Assembly: GCA_963750165.1 (NCBI GenBank)
Contig: CAVVPN010000012.1
Span: 704,001 to 768,000 of the forward strand
Source of the DNA: an uncultured Gemmataceae bacterium
GTDB lineage: Bacteria; Planctomycetota; Planctomycetia; Gemmatales; Gemmataceae
Direction: 5' to 3'
DNA length: 64,000 nt
The notes under the pieces are model-generated. The model saw only the letters and a program-made list of their open reading frames with translations. It had not been told where the DNA came from and did no database searches. The translations under genes and the position numbers were made by a program. Positions 23,368-33,700 of the stretch are shown piece after piece; the stretch's first letter is position 1, and each line of letters begins with the position of its first letter.

Positions 23368-23438
23368 GAGACAAGGAGACAAGGAGACAAGGAGAAAGCC
23401 GGCAACCGCCCGTCTCCTTGTCTCCTTGTCTCCTTGTC
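23367..23438. repeat. hairpin of 8-bp tandem units (GGAGACAA)n/(TTGTCTCC)n
   Basis: About three units per arm, between convergent genes. Confidence 0.8.
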
Positions 23439-23440
23439 GA

Positions 23441-24199
23441 CTAATGTCCCGCGTACCAGTCGTAGCCGCGCTCGGCCCAGTAATCGCCGGGCCGCACGTC
23501 GGTGAAGCGCAGCACGCCGATCCGCTTGATGCTCTTGATGCCGTACTTAACCGGGATCACCAACCGCAGCGGCGCCCCGTGTGCGGGCGTCAGCGGCGCG
23601 TCGTTCATGGCGTAGCACAGCAGCGTCTGCGGGTGCAGGGCGCTGGCCCGGTCCAGGCCGACGTAATACCCCCCGTCCGGCGTCTCCAGGCGGACGTAGC
23701 CCGGCAGACTGTCCGCGGTGCCGAAGCGATAATGCCGGGCGAAGTCCGACAGCCGCGCCCCCGTCCAGTGCACCACATTGCTCCAACCTTCGATGCACTT
23801 CAGTTCCGTGGTCATGCTCACCGCCGGCAGCGCCTGCACGTCCGCCAGCGTGAACAACCGCGGCGCGCCCGTCGGCCCGTGCACGCGCAGCCGCCACGCC
23901 GCCGGGTCCAGGGGGCTTGCCAGGCCGATTTGGCCGTTGACGCGCACGTCCGTGGCCCGGTCGCGGCCGAAGTCCGGCGCCAGCCGGTTCGGGTCGAAGG
24001 CGGCCTGACTTAACCCCTCGTTGGCCTCCAGCACGCGCCGCAGCGGCCAGGGGATGCCGTCCTCCGGCGCCGCGCCGTACCGCAGCCAGGCCCAGCCCAG
24101 CACGCCGGCGCCCGCCGCCGCCAGACCCGTCGCGAAACTGCGCCGCGTCATGCGGCCGAGCACACGGTCCACGTCCTGGGGCGGGATCGATTTAGCCAT
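23441..24199 (-). CDS. sulfite-oxidase-family molybdopterin oxidoreductase (MsrP/YedY-like), Tat signal
   Basis: TRRSF signal; CIEGWS (Mo-ligand Cys); HPQTLL, HGAPLRLVIPVKYGIKSIK, DYWAERGY. Confidence 0.88.
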   Translation of the reverse strand: MAKSIPPQDVDRVLGRMTRRSFATGLAAAGAGVLGWAWLRYGAAPEDGIPWPLRRVLEANEGLSQAAFDPNRLAPDFGRDRATDVRVNGQIGLASPLDPAAWRLRVHGPTGAPRLFTLADVQALPAVSMTTELKCIEGWSNVVHWTGARLSDFARHYRFGTADSLPGYVRLETPDGGYYVGLDRASALHPQTLLCYAMNDAPLTPAHGAPLRLVIPVKYGIKSIKRIGVLRFTDVRPGDYWAERGYDWYAGH

Positions 24200-24863
24200 G
24201 AGCCTTCTCCTCGACGGGAATGACCTCGTAGCCGATGACCATCGCCCGGAAATTGTTCCAGCCGGCGCGGATCACCTGGGTGATGTGAATGACGAAGAAC
24301 AGCACGTAGCCGACGGTCAGTAGAAAATGCTCGAAGCGCGCCCATTCATAGCCGCCCAGGCAAGTCGCCAGCCAGGCCAGCTGCACCGGCTTGTAGATCG
24401 CCAGCCCCGTCAGCAGCGAACCGGCGCCCATCAGGATGACGGAGGTGTAAGCGATGCGCTGGGCGCCGTTGAACTTCGCCCGCGGCAACGGCTCCCTGCG
24501 GATGCCCAGGTCGTGCAGCACCACCTGCCACGCCTCGGCGAACGAGCGCCGATTCGGCAACAGGTGCCGCCATTCGCCCGACACGAAGGTGTAGGTAACG
24601 TACGCGATGCCGTTCAGCGCGAACAACCACATGACCGTGAAGTGCCAGGCCATGCCCTCGGCCAGCCGGTATCTCACGCCCAGCGCCCTGTAAAAGGAGT
24701 CGGGGAAAAAGTGGAAGAGGACGATGTCGCCGACACGGATTTCGTAGACGTCGTTGGCCCAGTAAATGAGCAGGCCGCTCCAGATCATCAGGGTGAGCAG
24801 GGGCACGTTGATCCAGTGCAGCCAGCGGATCACGCGCGGGTGTTTGGCTTCCAGTCGGCGCAT
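24192..24863 (-). CDS. cytochrome b/b6-type membrane subunit (redox partner of the molybdoenzyme)
   Basis: HPRVIRWLHWIN, WHF, KFNGAQRIAY, HF..FFVIH; 4 TM segments. Confidence 0.85.
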   Translation of the reverse strand: MRRLEAKHPRVIRWLHWINVPLLTLMIWSGLLIYWANDVYEIRVGDIVLFHFFPDSFYRALGVRYRLAEGMAWHFTVMWLFALNGIAYVTYTFVSGEWRHLLPNRRSFAEAWQVVLHDLGIRREPLPRAKFNGAQRIAYTSVILMGAGSLLTGLAIYKPVQLAWLATCLGGYEWARFEHFLLTVGYVLFFVIHITQVIRAGWNNFRAMVIGYEVIPVEEKAHG

Positions 24864-24923
24864 GCGTGGTCTCCCGTAAGGGCGGAGCCGGCCTCCGTGC
24901 CGGCCGCGCGGTTCCCGGTTCGC

Positions 24924-25172
24924 TCAGTTCTGGCCTTCCATCTTGTCGCCCTTGCCGCTCATCTTGTCACCCTTGCCGCTCATCTTGTCGCCCTGACCAC
25001 CCATCTTGTCACCCTTGCCCTCCATCTTGTCGCCCTTCTTTTCCATCTTGTCGCCCTTCTTTTCCATCTTGTCGCCATCGCCGGACTTGGTGTTGGAGAC
25101 GCAACCGACGATGCCGATCACAAGGGCGATCGCCAGGAACAGGCCAGTCAGCAGTGCGCATTTGCGGAGCAT
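24924..25172 (-). CDS. methionine-rich repeat lipoprotein (7 x GDKMxxx)
   Basis: MLRKCALL..IVGC lipobox then GDKMEKK GDKMEKK GDKMEGK GDKMGGQ GDKMSGK GDKMSGK GDKMEGQ; 21-bp DNA repeat; GGAGG RBS. Confidence 0.8.
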   Translation of the reverse strand: MLRKCALLTGLFLAIALVIGIVGCVSNTKSGDGDKMEKKGDKMEKKGDKMEGKGDKMGGQGDKMSGKGDKMSGKGDKMEGQN

Positions 25173-25343
25173 GAGATGTCCTCCCGAGAAAAAGTGAGCC
25201 CGTCGCGCCAGGGCCGCGGCCGGGACCACCCCGGCGCGTGTTCTGGCGTGTCGTTCCGGCACGGTCACCATCCGATGTGGGACGCGGCGAACGAGATGAT
25301 GTTCAGGCGACGGCGTGGGCAGCGGCCGTCGAATGTACAACGG

Positions 25344-25373
25344 TTGGATGCGGACGGCTAAGGGGGGGTTACA
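25344..25373 (-). promoter_or_regulatory. possible ECF-sigma promoter for the Met-peptide operon
   Basis: Minus strand TGTAACC-N16-CATCCAA; AAC-containing -35 typical of ECF promoters. Confidence 0.3.
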
Positions 25374-25430
25374 GAAAAATCAGACGGACAGGTGGGAGTG
25401 CTATGTTTCGTGGGGCCACCACCGGATCGC

Positions 25431-25485
25431 AAAGGGGACGCAGCTCAAATCAGGTGATTCGCCCGATTTGAGCTGCGTCCCCTTT
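25431..25485. repeat. palindromic element (AAAGGGGACGCAGCTCAAATC arms)
   Basis: 21-bp perfect inverted arms. Confidence 0.75.
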
Positions 25486-25663
25486 TTGCATCAGCGTCCC
25501 GGATCATGAGCGCCGGCGGCAGCCCCTTGTGCGGGTCCGCGGTCAGCGTTTTCAGCACGCCGATGGCCGACTCCACCGTGCTCAGTTCGCGAAGGCCGGC
25601 ATTCACCGGGGCGGCCGCCAGGGCCAGCACGCCCACCGCCAACCACTGCCAGCGCTTGAACAT
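25445..25663 (-). pseudogene. truncated secreted protein, resembling the N-terminus of SYLF/Ysc84 lipid-binding proteins
   Basis: Signal peptide then RELSTVESAIGVLKTL..P.KGLPPALM; the frame then runs into the palindrome. Confidence 0.45.
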
Positions 25664-25835
25664 TCGACACTTCCATTTCGTGGGATGAGGGGGCGATCCC
25701 CTGGGCGCGGCGGGACGGTAGCCGGGGCGGTCGGCCGCGTCAAGGCGGGCTGCCGCTACCGGCGCCCGGCGGCGCCTCCTACCTTATCAGGGTTGCCGGT
25801 GCTGGATTCCGCGTTCCCGAAACCTGGAAAACGAC

Positions 25836-26741
25836 ATGAAACACAGCGAAGTTATCCGCAACGCCCGCGACCTGTCCGCCCCCTATCGTGTCAACAAGGG
25901 GGCGAAGTTCCGCCTCAAGGACTACGACCCCGCCGACATCGGCGATCTCAAGGACCAGGACAAGCCGCGCGCCGACCAGGCGCTGCAGAACGGCATCAAG
26001 GAACTCGCCCGCTTGCAAGACGTGCTCTACGCCAACGACCGCTGGGCGCTGCTCATCATCTTCCAGGCGATGGACGCGGCCGGTAAGGACGGCGCCATCA
26101 AGCACGTCATGTCCGGCGTCAACCCGCAGGGCTGTCAGGTCTACTCCTTCAAGCAGCCCTCCGCGGAGGACCTCGACCACGATTTCCTCTGGCGCTGCGT
26201 TCGCTGTCTGCCGGAGCGCGGCCGCATCGGCATCTTCAACCGCAGTTATTACGAGGAAACCCTGGTCGTCCGCGTCCATCCCGAAATCCTGAAGAAGCAG
26301 CAACTGCCGGAGCCACTCGTCAGCAAGCACCTCTGGGACGAGCGCTTCGAGGACATCCGCAATTTCGAGCGCCACCTGACGCGCAACGGCACCGTCATTC
26401 GCAAATTCTTTCTCAATCTCTCGCGGGAGGAGCAGAAGCAGCGGTTTCTCGCACGGCTGGAAAAGCCCGAAAAGAACTGGAAATACTCCGCGGCGGACAT
26501 CCGCGAACGCGCCTTCTGGGACGACTACATGAAGGCTTACGAGGAGACGATCCAGAACACCGCGACGGAGGAGGCGCCCTGGTACGTGGTGCCGGCGGAT
26601 AAGAAATGGTTCACGCGCGTGGTCGTGGCCGCCGCTGTCATCGACGCGCTCGCCGGCCTCGACCTGAAATACCCGGAGGTCAGCGCGGCCCAGCGCCAGC
26701 AACTGGCGGACGCCCAGGCGGCCTTGCTGGCGGAAAAATAA
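25836..26741 (+). CDS. ppk2: polyphosphate kinase 2 family protein
   Basis: [44 protein letters not shown]. Confidence 0.93.
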   Translation: MKHSEVIRNARDLSAPYRVNKGAKFRLKDYDPADIGDLKDQDKPRADQALQNGIKELARLQDVLYANDRWALLIIFQAMDAAGKDGAIKHVMSGVNPQGCQVYSFKQPSAEDLDHDFLWRCVRCLPERGRIGIFNRSYYEETLVVRVHPEILKKQQLPEPLVSKHLWDERFEDIRNFERHLTRNGTVIRKFFLNLSREEQKQRFLARLEKPEKNWKYSAADIRERAFWDDYMKAYEETIQNTATEEAPWYVVPADKKWFTRVVVAAAVIDALAGLDLKYPEVSAAQRQQLADAQAALLAEK

Positions 26742-26750
26742 CGACCCACC

Positions 26751-27839
26751 TCACGCCGCCGCGCCGCCCTGCTCGCGCTCGAACAGCGGCCCCAGCGGCG
26801 CCGGCAGGTGCAGCGGTCCCGTGGCGCCGTGGGCAGTGCCCTCCCACGGGTGCGTGCGGATGCTCTCCAGCACGCGCGTCGCCAGGGCCATCGCCATCAG
26901 GCCCTCACGGCCGCCAACCCGCGGCGCCCGCCGCTCACGCACACAGCTGACAAAGTCCTGCAACTCCAGCGTCAACTGGTCGCCCTCGGGCCGGTGCAGT
27001 TCCAGCGTCTCCAGATAGCGGCCGTACCACTCGTCCTTGAGTCGCGCCTGCGCCGTTGCATCGGGTTTGCGGCCGGCGTGCCGCTGCTTTAGCTCCTCGC
27101 TCGGCTGCACCAGCGTCAGCCGCCGCTCATGGAAGTCCAGCCGCACGTATCCCTCGGGCGCCCAGATCTGCATCCGCCGCACCGCCGTCGGGTGGGCGCG
27201 GCTCGCGGTCACGTTGGCGACGCAGCCGTTGGCGAACAGCAGCCGGGCGCCGGCCATATCCTCGTGTTCGCTCAGCAGCCGTAGCCCCAGCGCCTCCACG
27301 CGCCGCACCGGCGAGCGCACCAGCGCCAGCAGCAAGTCCAGGTCGTGAATCATCAGGTCCAGCACGACGCTCGTGTCCGTCGAGCGGCCGCTGAACGGCC
27401 CCAGTCGCTCGCAGGTCACGAACTTCGGCTGCAGCCGCCGCCGGGTCAGCTCCTCGAAGGCGGGGTTGAAGCGCTCGATGTGGCCGACCTGCAGGATCGT
27501 CTGCTGTCGCTGGCTCAGCTCAACCAGGGCTTCCGCCTCTTCGAGCGTCGCGGCCAGGGGCTTTTCCACCAGGACGGGGATGCGGTGCTGCAACAGTTCC
27601 GTGGCCAGCGCCGCATGGCAGCGCGTCGAGGCGGCCACGGTCGCGGCGTCGAGGCGGCCCAGCAGCGGCCGCAGTTCGGCGAACGCCTCGGTGCCCAGCC
27701 GCTGCGCCACGGCCCCGGCCTGCTCCGCGTTCGTGTCCACGACGCCGACCAGCTCCACGTCCGGCAGGCCGGCGACCACGCGGGCGTGCGCGCTGCCCAG
27801 GTGTCCCACGCCGATCACGGCCATCCGTAGCCGCGCCAT
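26751..27839 (-). CDS. Gfo/Idh/MocA oxidoreductase (GnnA-like by context)
   Basis: VIGVGHLG, VEKPL, VGHIERFNPA, VVLDLMIHDLD; downstream of lpxC. Confidence 0.85.
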   Translation of the reverse strand: MARLRMAVIGVGHLGSAHARVVAGLPDVELVGVVDTNAEQAGAVAQRLGTEAFAELRPLLGRLDAATVAASTRCHAALATELLQHRIPVLVEKPLAATLEEAEALVELSQRQQTILQVGHIERFNPAFEELTRRRLQPKFVTCERLGPFSGRSTDTSVVLDLMIHDLDLLLALVRSPVRRVEALGLRLLSEHEDMAGARLLFANGCVANVTASRAHPTAVRRMQIWAPEGYVRLDFHERRLTLVQPSEELKQRHAGRKPDATAQARLKDEWYGRYLETLELHRPEGDQLTLELQDFVSCVRERRAPRVGGREGLMAMALATRVLESIRTHPWEGTAHGATGPLHLPAPLGPLFEREQGGAAA

Positions 27840-27864
27840 GCTTGTCTCCACTTGCCTCTTACTT

Positions 27865-28270
27865 CCCTCGCCCTCTTCAGGGGGAGAGGGCTTTGGTTCG
27901 TAGTACCGGCTTTAGAGCGCGTTGCGTTCGGGTGTCGCGGGTTCTTCGCCCCGAAGGCGCGGGACAACTTAGCCCCGGGCAACGCCCTGGGGACGCCGAT
28001 GCGAGCCCACCCGCTTCTCTCTTCCGTGTCCTGAAGGGGCACCCCAAGCGTTGTTGTGGTGCCCCTTCAGGGCACGGAAGAAAGCAGGGTAACAGTCGCC
28101 TCCCTGGTTCCCAGGGCGTTGCCCGGGGCTAAGTTGTCCCGCCCCTTCGGGGCGAGAGACACGACCGCTACCGTCGTCTGCGAACCGCTCTAGCCGGAAG
28201 CAGACGGTCAGATTCCGCCAAAAGGCGGTACTACGAACCAAGACCCCCTCCCCCTGAAAGAGGGCGAGGG
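27865..28270. mobile_element. composite non-autonomous palindromic element (MITE/REPIN-like) with ~49-bp terminal inverted arms
   Basis: 27865-27913 is the near reverse complement of 28221-28270; inner 27917-28190 recurs at 55329-55579. Confidence 0.75.
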
Positions 28271-28281
28271 GAGAACATGGT

Positions 28282-29160
28282 TCACGCCGCACAGCGTTGC
28301 AGCGCCGCCTGCGGCAGCTGCCGCGCCAGCGCCTGCACCAGTTCGACGTTGAGCGGATGGCCCGAACGGTACGCCACCAGATGGCCGCGCACGTCCTGGC
28401 CCAGCAGCGACAGGTCGCCCAGCAGGTCCAGGATCTTGTGCCGTGCCGGTTCGTTGGCGAAGCGCAGCGTGTTCTCGATCGGCCCGCGCGGGCCGAACAC
28501 CACCAGGTCCGTCACGCGCGTCTGCTTGCCCAGCCCCTGCCGGCGCAGTTCGTGCGCCTCACTCTCCAGCAGGAACGTGCGGCAGGGGGCGATCTCATTG
28601 ATAAAACTCTCCGGCGTGACCCGCAGTGTGTGCGACTGGCGGCACAGCGGCGTCCAGCAGCCGTAGTCCAGCACGTAACTGACCCGCAACTCATCGTCCG
28701 CCGGATGGAGCGCCAGCGTGGCGCCCGCGCTGGCGACGACCAGCGGTCGGGAGACGGTCCAGACCGCCCGCCGCGCCGCCTGTAACGTCACGCCTGCCCG
28801 GTGCAGCGCCGCGACGAACGCCTCCGCGGAGCCGTCCAGGCCAGGCGGCTCCGGGCCGTTCAGCTCCAGCGTGCAGTTGTCGATGCGCAGGCCGGCCAGC
28901 GCCGCCAGCACATGCTCGACCAGGCTGACCGTCAGCGACCCGTGCCCAAGGGTGGTCCGCCGCTGCGTGCCGGTGACGCGATTCACCACCGCCGGCAGCC
29001 GCGCCTGCGGCCCCAGATCGGTGCGCACGAAGGCGACACCGGCGTCCGGCGCTGCCGGCGTGAAGCGCAGCTGCACCCGCGCTCCCGTCAGGTAGCCGAC
29101 GCCTTCCACCTCGACCGGCCGGGCGACCGTCCGTTGATAGCGATACCCAAGCTTTCTCAC
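28282..29160 (-). CDS. lpxC: UDP-3-O-acyl-GlcNAc deacetylase
   Basis: QRTV, VEHVLAALAGLRIDN, DGSA, RFANEPARHKILDLLGDL, SGHPLN. Confidence 0.95.
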   Translation of the reverse strand: MRKLGYRYQRTVARPVEVEGVGYLTGARVQLRFTPAAPDAGVAFVRTDLGPQARLPAVVNRVTGTQRRTTLGHGSLTVSLVEHVLAALAGLRIDNCTLELNGPEPPGLDGSAEAFVAALHRAGVTLQAARRAVWTVSRPLVVASAGATLALHPADDELRVSYVLDYGCWTPLCRQSHTLRVTPESFINEIAPCRTFLLESEAHELRRQGLGKQTRVTDLVVFGPRGPIENTLRFANEPARHKILDLLGDLSLLGQDVRGHLVAYRSGHPLNVELVQALARQLPQAALQRCAA

Positions 29161-29188
29161 GGCGTTGTCTTCCTTGACAGGGAAAAAG

Positions 29189-29268
29189 AATTGCAGATTT
29201 GAGATTGCAGATTGCAGATTGAAAAGACCATCCGCGTCTTTTCAATCTACAATCTGCGGCTTGCAATT
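29189..29268. repeat. hairpin of 7-bp units (TTGCAGA)
   Basis: TTGCAGATTTGAGATTGCAGATTGCAGATTGAAAAGA mirrored by TCTTTTCAATCTACAATCTGC. Confidence 0.7.
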
Positions 29269-29270
29269 GC

Positions 29271-29936
29271 TTAGCGTGGCCCGGGCGCCGGGGACGGGCC
29301 GCCGCCACCACCGCCATACGGGACGTTCAGGTTGGTGATGACTGCCGTGGAAATGTCCAGCCCGGGGTGGAAGTACATCGGCACCGTGCAGCCAGTCTGG
29401 GCGGAGCCGGCGAGCTTGCGCTGGATGTTCTCGGCGGTGTAGCGCTCGGCGGGGGTCTCCGGGTCAGTGTACTGCATCACCAGGGTGAAGCCGTTGCTGA
29501 CGGCGTAGCGCGACACGGCCTCCTCGATCTCCTTGTACAGCTGCACCAGTTGCTCTTCGCGCTTCTTCTTGACCTTCTTGCTGGCGTCCATCTCCAGGTC
29601 TTCCAGCATGCGCTTGGTGTTGCGGGCGGCACCTTCCCACTGCTCCTTTTTCGTCGGGTCGGCCTTCGGATCCTGGGCGGCCTTGGTCCAGGCCGTGATG
29701 TCGTCTTTCATCTTCTGGGCCTGATCGCGCAGGGGGCGGACGATGTCCTCGACTTCCTTGTCATACAGCTTGGTCTTGGCGTAGCCCTTGAGGACGGCGT
29801 GCAGGTTGACGACGGCGACGCGCGTGGTGGCCGGGGCCGGTTGCGGTGCCGGCTGCTGGGCGAGCAGGCGGGCACCGCAGTACAGGCCGGCGCACACGGT
29901 CGCCAGGCCCGTGACGATGAGGACCGTTTTCTTCAC
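29271..29936 (-). CDS. skp: OmpH/Skp periplasmic chaperone
   Basis: Signal peptide, VAVVNL..V, coiled coil, YA..NGFTLV, DIS..VI..LN; upstream of lpxC. Confidence 0.78.
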   Translation of the reverse strand: MKKTVLIVTGLATVCAGLYCGARLLAQQPAPQPAPATTRVAVVNLHAVLKGYAKTKLYDKEVEDIVRPLRDQAQKMKDDITAWTKAAQDPKADPTKKEQWEGAARNTKRMLEDLEMDASKKVKKKREEQLVQLYKEIEEAVSRYAVSNGFTLVMQYTDPETPAERYTAENIQRKLAGSAQTGCTVPMYFHPGLDISTAVITNLNVPYGGGGGGPSPAPGPR

Positions 29937-30082
29937 TGTCCGTTCTCCTCACATACGAGTTGGCCGCCGCCTCGGGCCGCGTTCCGCGCTGGCACCGAAC
30001 CGCGACGTTGGCTGTTCCAGCCGTCCCCCTTCCATGCTCCGTAAAGGGAGGTCCGGGTTGTATCCAAGTGGTCGGAGCAAAT

Positions 30083-30205
30083 CAAGAGCAGAGGTCAGAG
30101 GTCAGTAGTCAGTGAAAATACAGAGGAGTTGGAGTCTCGGGTTATTCCCAAGCGCCCCAACCCTTCTGTCTTCCACTGGCCACTGACCACTGATCACTGC
30201 TCTTG
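30083..30205. repeat. hairpin of 7-bp units (CAGAGGT/CAGTGGT-like)
   Basis: CAAGAGCAGAGGTCAGAGGTCAGTAGTCAGTG ... CACTGGCCACTGACCACTGATCACTGCTCTTG. Confidence 0.7.
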
Positions 30206-30268
30206 GCCCGTCCGCCCATCCCTGGTATGATCCGCCGCTGGTGTGACCCTCTCCGGGAAGGATGGGTG

Positions 30269-30706
30269 ATGCGCGCAAGGAGGCGAACAGGCTGGGGCCG
30301 GGCGGTCGTGCTCGGTCTGCTGCTGCTGGCCGGCTGTCAGGGACAGCCGCCGGCCCTGACGCAGGTGCGCGGCAAGGTCTGGTACAAGGGCGTGCCGCTG
30401 CGCGGCGGCACCATCGTGTTCACGCCGGATGCCAACCGCGGCCACAGCGGCGATCCCGCCGTTGCCGAGGTCCAGGCCGACGGCAGCTATCAACTCAAGA
30501 CCGGCGACGCCTGGGGCGCCGCTCCCGGCTGGCACCGCGTCACCCTCGCCGCCGTGTCGCCGGGATCCACCTCGCTGAAAGGTCACCCCTACAACCCACT
30601 GCCACGGTCGCTGCTGCCCGACCGCTACCGCGACCCGGAACTGTCTGGCCTGCGCTGCGAGGTCAAACCTAATAAGCCGAATTCGATTGATTTCCAGCTG
30701 GAATGA
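30269..30706 (+). CDS. planctomycete lipoprotein (carboxypeptidase-regulatory-like domain)
   Basis: LLAGC lipobox; VRGKVWYKGVPL.GG.I.F.P; DGSY.L; P.RY.DP..SGL..EV. Confidence 0.8.
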   Translation: MRARRRTGWGRAVVLGLLLLAGCQGQPPALTQVRGKVWYKGVPLRGGTIVFTPDANRGHSGDPAVAEVQADGSYQLKTGDAWGAAPGWHRVTLAAVSPGSTSLKGHPYNPLPRSLLPDRYRDPELSGLRCEVKPNKPNSIDFQLE

Positions 30707-30722
30707 CGGGCCCGCCAACCGT

Positions 30723-33700
30723 TCACGCCGCCGGCAGCCACACATCAAAGCGCGTGCCCTGGCCGGGCCGGCTGGTCACCTCAATGCGGCCGCCGAAGCC
30801 GTGAACGATCTGCTGCACCACCGCCAGGCCCAGACCGTGGCCGTGTTCTTTCGTCGAGAAGAACGGGTCGAAAATCCGTGCCAGCACCCGCTCGTCCATG
30901 CCGATGCCGGTGTCCTCGACCACGAGCCGGCCCCACACCTGGCTCTCGGCGTCCGGCTCCCGACTCGTGCCCACCGTCAACGTGCCGCTCTGGCCCAGGG
31001 CGTCGCGGGCGTTCAGGCACAGGTTCAACAGCACCTGGTGCAATTGTGACTCGTCTGCCAGCACCAGCAGCGGGCCCTCGTGCAACTGCGCCAGCAGCGT
31101 GACGCCGTGCGGTAGCCCCGGCCGCAGCAGTTCCAGGGTCCGCTGCACCACCGCGTTGGCGTTCACCTGCCGCGATGGGAAACGCCGCTGCTTGCTGAAC
31201 GTCAACAGCTGGCCGGTCAGCTCCGCCGCGCGCTCCGCCGCCTGGGTCAGGTAGTGCAGGTCCTGCTGCGCCTCGTGGCCGCCCGGCAACTGGCTGCGCA
31301 CGGACTCCGCAGCGCTGAGGATGACCGTGAGCAGGTTGTTGAAATCGTGGACGACGCCGCTGGCCAGCCGGCCAACCAGCTCCAGCCGCTGCACCTTTTG
31401 CAGGTCGCCCTCCAGCCGCCGTTGCTCCGTGCGATCAACGATCAGGAACGTGCTGCCGGCGGTGGTGCCGCCGCGGTCCAGCGGCTGCGCCAGGGCGTAG
31501 CCCACCCGCTCGGCGCCGCCCCGGGTCCGCAGGCGGAACTCGCCGGCCGGTCGCTCGCCCGCCAACGCCTTGCGGTGCAGTTGCTCCAGCGCCGCCGACT
31601 CCTCCGCGGGCACCAGCAGTTTCCACGCCTCCGGGCCGGTCAGTTCGTCGGCGGCGAAGCCGGTCAGCGCCCGCGCCGCCGGGTTGACGTACAGCACCCG
31701 GCCGTCGCGGTCGAACTGCACGACCATCAACGGCAGCGTCTCGACCAGGCCGCGGTACTTCTCCTCGGATTGCCGCAGCACTTCCTGGGCGTGACGGTGG
31801 GCGGTCACGTCCGCGAAGGTGGTGACCACGCGCGGCCCCATGACGGTGCCGCCGGCGATCCGGCCCGCCAGCGGCATGGTGTTCACCAGGACCCAGCGCA
31901 CCTCCGTCCGGCCGTTGCCCGCGCGTGCGCATCACCGCCGACGATGCCGCCGTTGGCGCCGCGTGGTCGGGAATGCCCATGACCACGTCGCGCACCGCCC
32001 GGCCGCTGCGCAGACTGACCAGGTCGGGCTGCTCGTCGCGCGGGAAGGGACTGCCGTCCTCGCGCAGGCAGCCGTCCGGCGCCAGGGCCGTGCGGCTGTA
32101 CAGCTGGTCGGGCGTGGCGCCGAGAATGGCACAGGCGGCGGCGTTGCACTCGATGATGGCGCCAGCCTGGTTCTGCACCACCAGCCCCTCGGCCATGGTC
32201 TCGATAATGGCCCGCAGCCGAGCCTCCGCCTCACGGTGGGCCGCCTCCGCCTGCCGCAGTGCCGTCAGGTCTTCCAGCACCCAGACCGCTCCGTCGTGGC
32301 GGCCGTTGCCCGCCAGATCAACCGGTGCGGCCCAGGTGATGAGCGGCATCTGCCGGCCATCGGGGCGGTGGACGACGATGTCGTCGCGCATGCTGGTGAT
32401 GCCGTCACGCAGCGCCTTGCAGACCGGCAGCTCCTCCCAGGGGTAGGGCGTGCCGTCGGCCCGGAACAGGCGGTACACGTCCGGCAGGTGCGCCAGGCCG
32501 GCGGACGGGTCCTCGCGCTGGCCCAGCAGCTGGCGGGCGCGGGCGTTGACCAGCAGCGGCTGGCCGGTGGGGCCGTGGATGAGGAAGACGCCGGTCGGCA
32601 GATGGGTGACGACGGCCTGCAACACGTTGGTGGTGCGGCGCAGGTCGTAGGCCAGGGTGCGGTGCTCGGTGATGTCCTCGACCACGCCGTCCCAGCCGTC
32701 GAGCTGCCCGTCAGCGCCGTGGTGCGGCGCCAGCGTGTCGCGCACCCAGCGGTCGCGGTTGGTGGGCGTCTGGTGCATGGCCAGCAGGCCGCGCGGCCGC
32801 AGCGGCGGGCGGGAGGCGGTGGTGGCCAAACGGTACTCGCAGGTGACCGGCTGTTTCTGCAGGAATAGCTGGCCCATGGCGGCGAGGACCAGCTCGCGGT
32901 CCTGGGAGTGGACGCGGGCCAGCCAGCCCTGATAGTCGCCGAGCAGGTCGTCGGCCGCGGCGCCCAGCACGTCCTTGCTGGCGGCGCTGACCAGGGTGAT
33001 CTCCACGTCCTCGGGGCGCGTGGCGGGGCGGCCGGGGTGGAGCAGGCGGGCGCTGTAGAGCACGAGCGGGATGTGGCCGACAACCTGACGGTAGCGGGTC
33101 TCGCTGGCGCGGACCCAGCCGGCGGAGGCGCCGATGAGCAGGGCGGTGCAGCACTGGGCCAGGAGGTTGCCGGCCAGCGGCGCCAGCTGGGCGTCGCCCC
33201 AGACCGGGCTGACGGCGTCCAGGTTGCCCAGCGCGGGGGCGAAGATCAGGGCCGGCGCCGCCGCCGCGGCCGCCGCCAACGTGCCGCCGCGCAGCCCCTG
33301 CCGCAAGCTCGCCCAGACGATCACCAGCAGCAGGATGCCCCACAGTGCCCAGTTGGTGTTCGCCGCCCGGCTGTGCAGCGCCGCCAGCACCAGGCCGAGC
33401 ACGCCGGCTCCGACCGCCAGGCCGGCGACCTCAATGGCCTCGTCCCAGCGCCAGCGGAGCAGCCGCTCGGTCTGATAGGGCTTCTCGTCAGAGTCGGCCG
33501 CGGCCAGGCCGAAGCGCACCAGCCAGGGCGTGGCGGCCACGAGCAGCGGCGGCGCCAGGGCGAGCACGCCCAGGGCGGCGCTGCAGCCACAACCCCGCTG
33601 CCAGCGCCGGCAGGTCCACGGTCCCGGGGCGCAGCGCCAGGTGCAGCAGCGCCAGCGCCACCGCCAGCAGGCTGACGAAGGCACCGGGGATCAGGATCAG

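Noticed and set aside
24933..25078. 21-bp tandem repeat as a CRISPR array
   Set aside because: No unique spacers or cas genes; it encodes the GDKM heptads
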